A stretch of DNA of 64,000 nucleotides from Ascidiella aspersa. Its lineage: Eukaryota. Position 1 is the first letter of the stretch. Every line of letters begins with the position of its first letter. The DNA lies in assembly GCA_963924565.1 (NCBI GenBank), contig OZ004608.1, positions 6,076,001 to 6,140,000 on the forward strand, read 5' to 3'. Positions 62,583 to 64,000 of this stretch are shown here, piece after piece. The notes under the pieces are model-generated. The model saw only the letters and a program-made list of their open reading frames with translations. It was not told the DNA's origin and ran no database searches. The position numbers and the translations under genes are program-made.

Positions 62583-64000
62583 CAGGGCTGGGGAGCCGGA
62601 GCCGGAGCTGGAGCCCGGAGCTAAGCATTTTCTCTGGAGCCGGAGCTGGAGCTGGAGCCATTTTTATTATTTTTGTGGAGCTGGAGCCGGAGCCAGTTTT
62701 ATTATTTTATGTGGAGCTGGAGCCGGAGCCGGAGCCATTTTTCAATTTGAGGGGATAAAGCTACAAAATTACATTTTGTTCCATCTCCAATATTAGTTAG
62801 CCAAAAGCAATTTTTGAAAACTGGCCTTGGTTTGAAATAAAGCAAGTTTACTGTAAACTGATATAAAATATAAAGGGGGGAGGGGGGATTTTGTAACTCG
62901 TATGGAGAAATTTGTGTCACAATATTAATCTCTTCTGGTTGTCTGTCATGATATATATTGCAAAGAGGTACAAAAGGGAATTATAGAGGCTATAGAGCTT
63001 ATAATAGAGAGTTAAATTTCTGTTCTAAGAATTACATTAAAATATTAATGTTAACTTCAGTACAGACAATGCACAAGACAAACAGGATATAATGCTAAAA
63101 AAGGGCTCACTACAGTGAACTTACACAGGGCGTCACACAATTAATTCGTTTTAAACTCTATTGTGGTAACAAAATCCTTGCAGATATTATTATTCCATGA
63201 TATCTGTATTTGAAATTATTGCTCCGAAAAATCTGCAGCAGTTGATTATAATTTTTAAAAACAATAAATAAAATGGGCTTTGTTGTAAAATGGGCTTTGT
63301 TTGCACAAAAAGACCATTGTTAGTGACAATCAAATCCAACAGATTGTTATTCCAAAGGCGTTGACTTGTTCCAAAGAAAAACAGTTTGATAACCACTGTG
63401 TTAAGGCAACTTGATTTCTGTATCTGTTTTATCCTAGTGTAGCTAATTTTACGTTTTATTTTTCAGAAATCTAGACATAGTAGCGTATATGTAAAATGGC
63501 TAAAAGAAAGAAGTCTGCAGTCTTTAAATATTTTTTAAAATGTGATATGTCAGGATGTTTCATTTGTCAAGTCAAGGTGAGTGAAACCATTTGCAGTGCC
63601 AAATTAGTAGGAAAAACTTTCAACTTGAAAAGACATCTAGAAAGAAATCATCCAGAGGTTTACCAGAAAATGGATGGCCAAGACTCTGAAAATAGCTGTG
63701 CAGGGTCTGGAAATCAATCCTTAAAAGATAAAGGAATGTCAAGAGAAACGATTCATAATTTTTTTTCAAATGAAAAAGTTACTGTATCAATGACGAAGAA
63801 TAAGTTTAAACAACATATTATTGAAATGGTGGTAGAAAATAGTATTCCACTAACTTTCTTTTCTTCAAGAGGTTTTAAAGGATTAAATGGAGAACTGGCA
63901 GGTAAACTTGGAGTGTCTTTGGAAAGGCATGAAATTAGAAAGATGGTTATAAGGGCAGCAGCAGATCAAAAAAAGGTATTAAAAGAAGAACTAAGAGACA
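62583..64000 (+). mobile_element. hAT DNA transposon, left end
   Basis: Terminus CAGGGCTGGGGAGCC with subterminal GGAGCC/GGAGCT arrays, followed by a transposase ORF. Confidence 0.75.
63496..64000 (+). CDS. BED zinc-finger hAT transposase, 5' part (runs off the window)
   Basis: MAKRKKSAVFKYF..FICQV..ICSAKL..FNLKRHLERNHP..MVVENSIPLTFF..GF. Open to the window end, which is why it is absent from the ORF track. Confidence 0.8.
   Translation, partial: MAKRKKSAVFKYFLKCDMSGCFICQVKVSETICSAKLVGKTFNLKRHLERNHPEVYQKMDGQDSENSCAGSGNQSLKDKGMSRETIHNFFSNEKVTVSMTKNKFKQHIIEMVVENSIPLTFFSSRGFKGLNGELAGKLGVSLERHEIRKMVIRAAADQKKVLKEELRD

Overview
AT-rich eukaryotic DNA with short (60-70 nt) introns, from an invertebrate animal (plausibly a tunicate; not provable here). 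Most of the window is a minus-strand tandem cluster of multi-exon C-type lectin (CTLD) receptor genes, built from about 19, 15 and 7 kb segmental duplications. Two lectin heads alternate: EPN-motif 'A' genes (ATG at 2826, 22963, 38210) and QPD-motif 'B' genes (ATG at 11242, 30303, 45610, 57883). Manual splicing gives signal peptide - CTLD - Ser/Thr mucin stalk - single TM - tyrosine-rich tail (ITAM-like, ITIM, YxN and YxxP motifs). Many of these exons are missing from the ORF track. The most striking observation concerns the fourth B head (57883). It has no TM exon of its own and is phase-compatible with a GAIN/GPS + 7TM adhesion-GPCR module (54700-51417). That module lies in an ~8 kb block that splits an intronic MITE which is contiguous in the other B genes, suggesting a recently assembled lectin-adhesion-GPCR chimera. 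The cluster also shows a tail swap by deletion, tyrosine-motif switches between paralogs, variable sugar-binding loops, a GC-AG intron and several pseudogenes. An orphan Ig-like exon, a RIPK-like kinase pseudogene, hAT MITEs, tRNA-like repeats and the 5' end of a BED-finger hAT transposase are also present. All gene models are manual and need RNA support.
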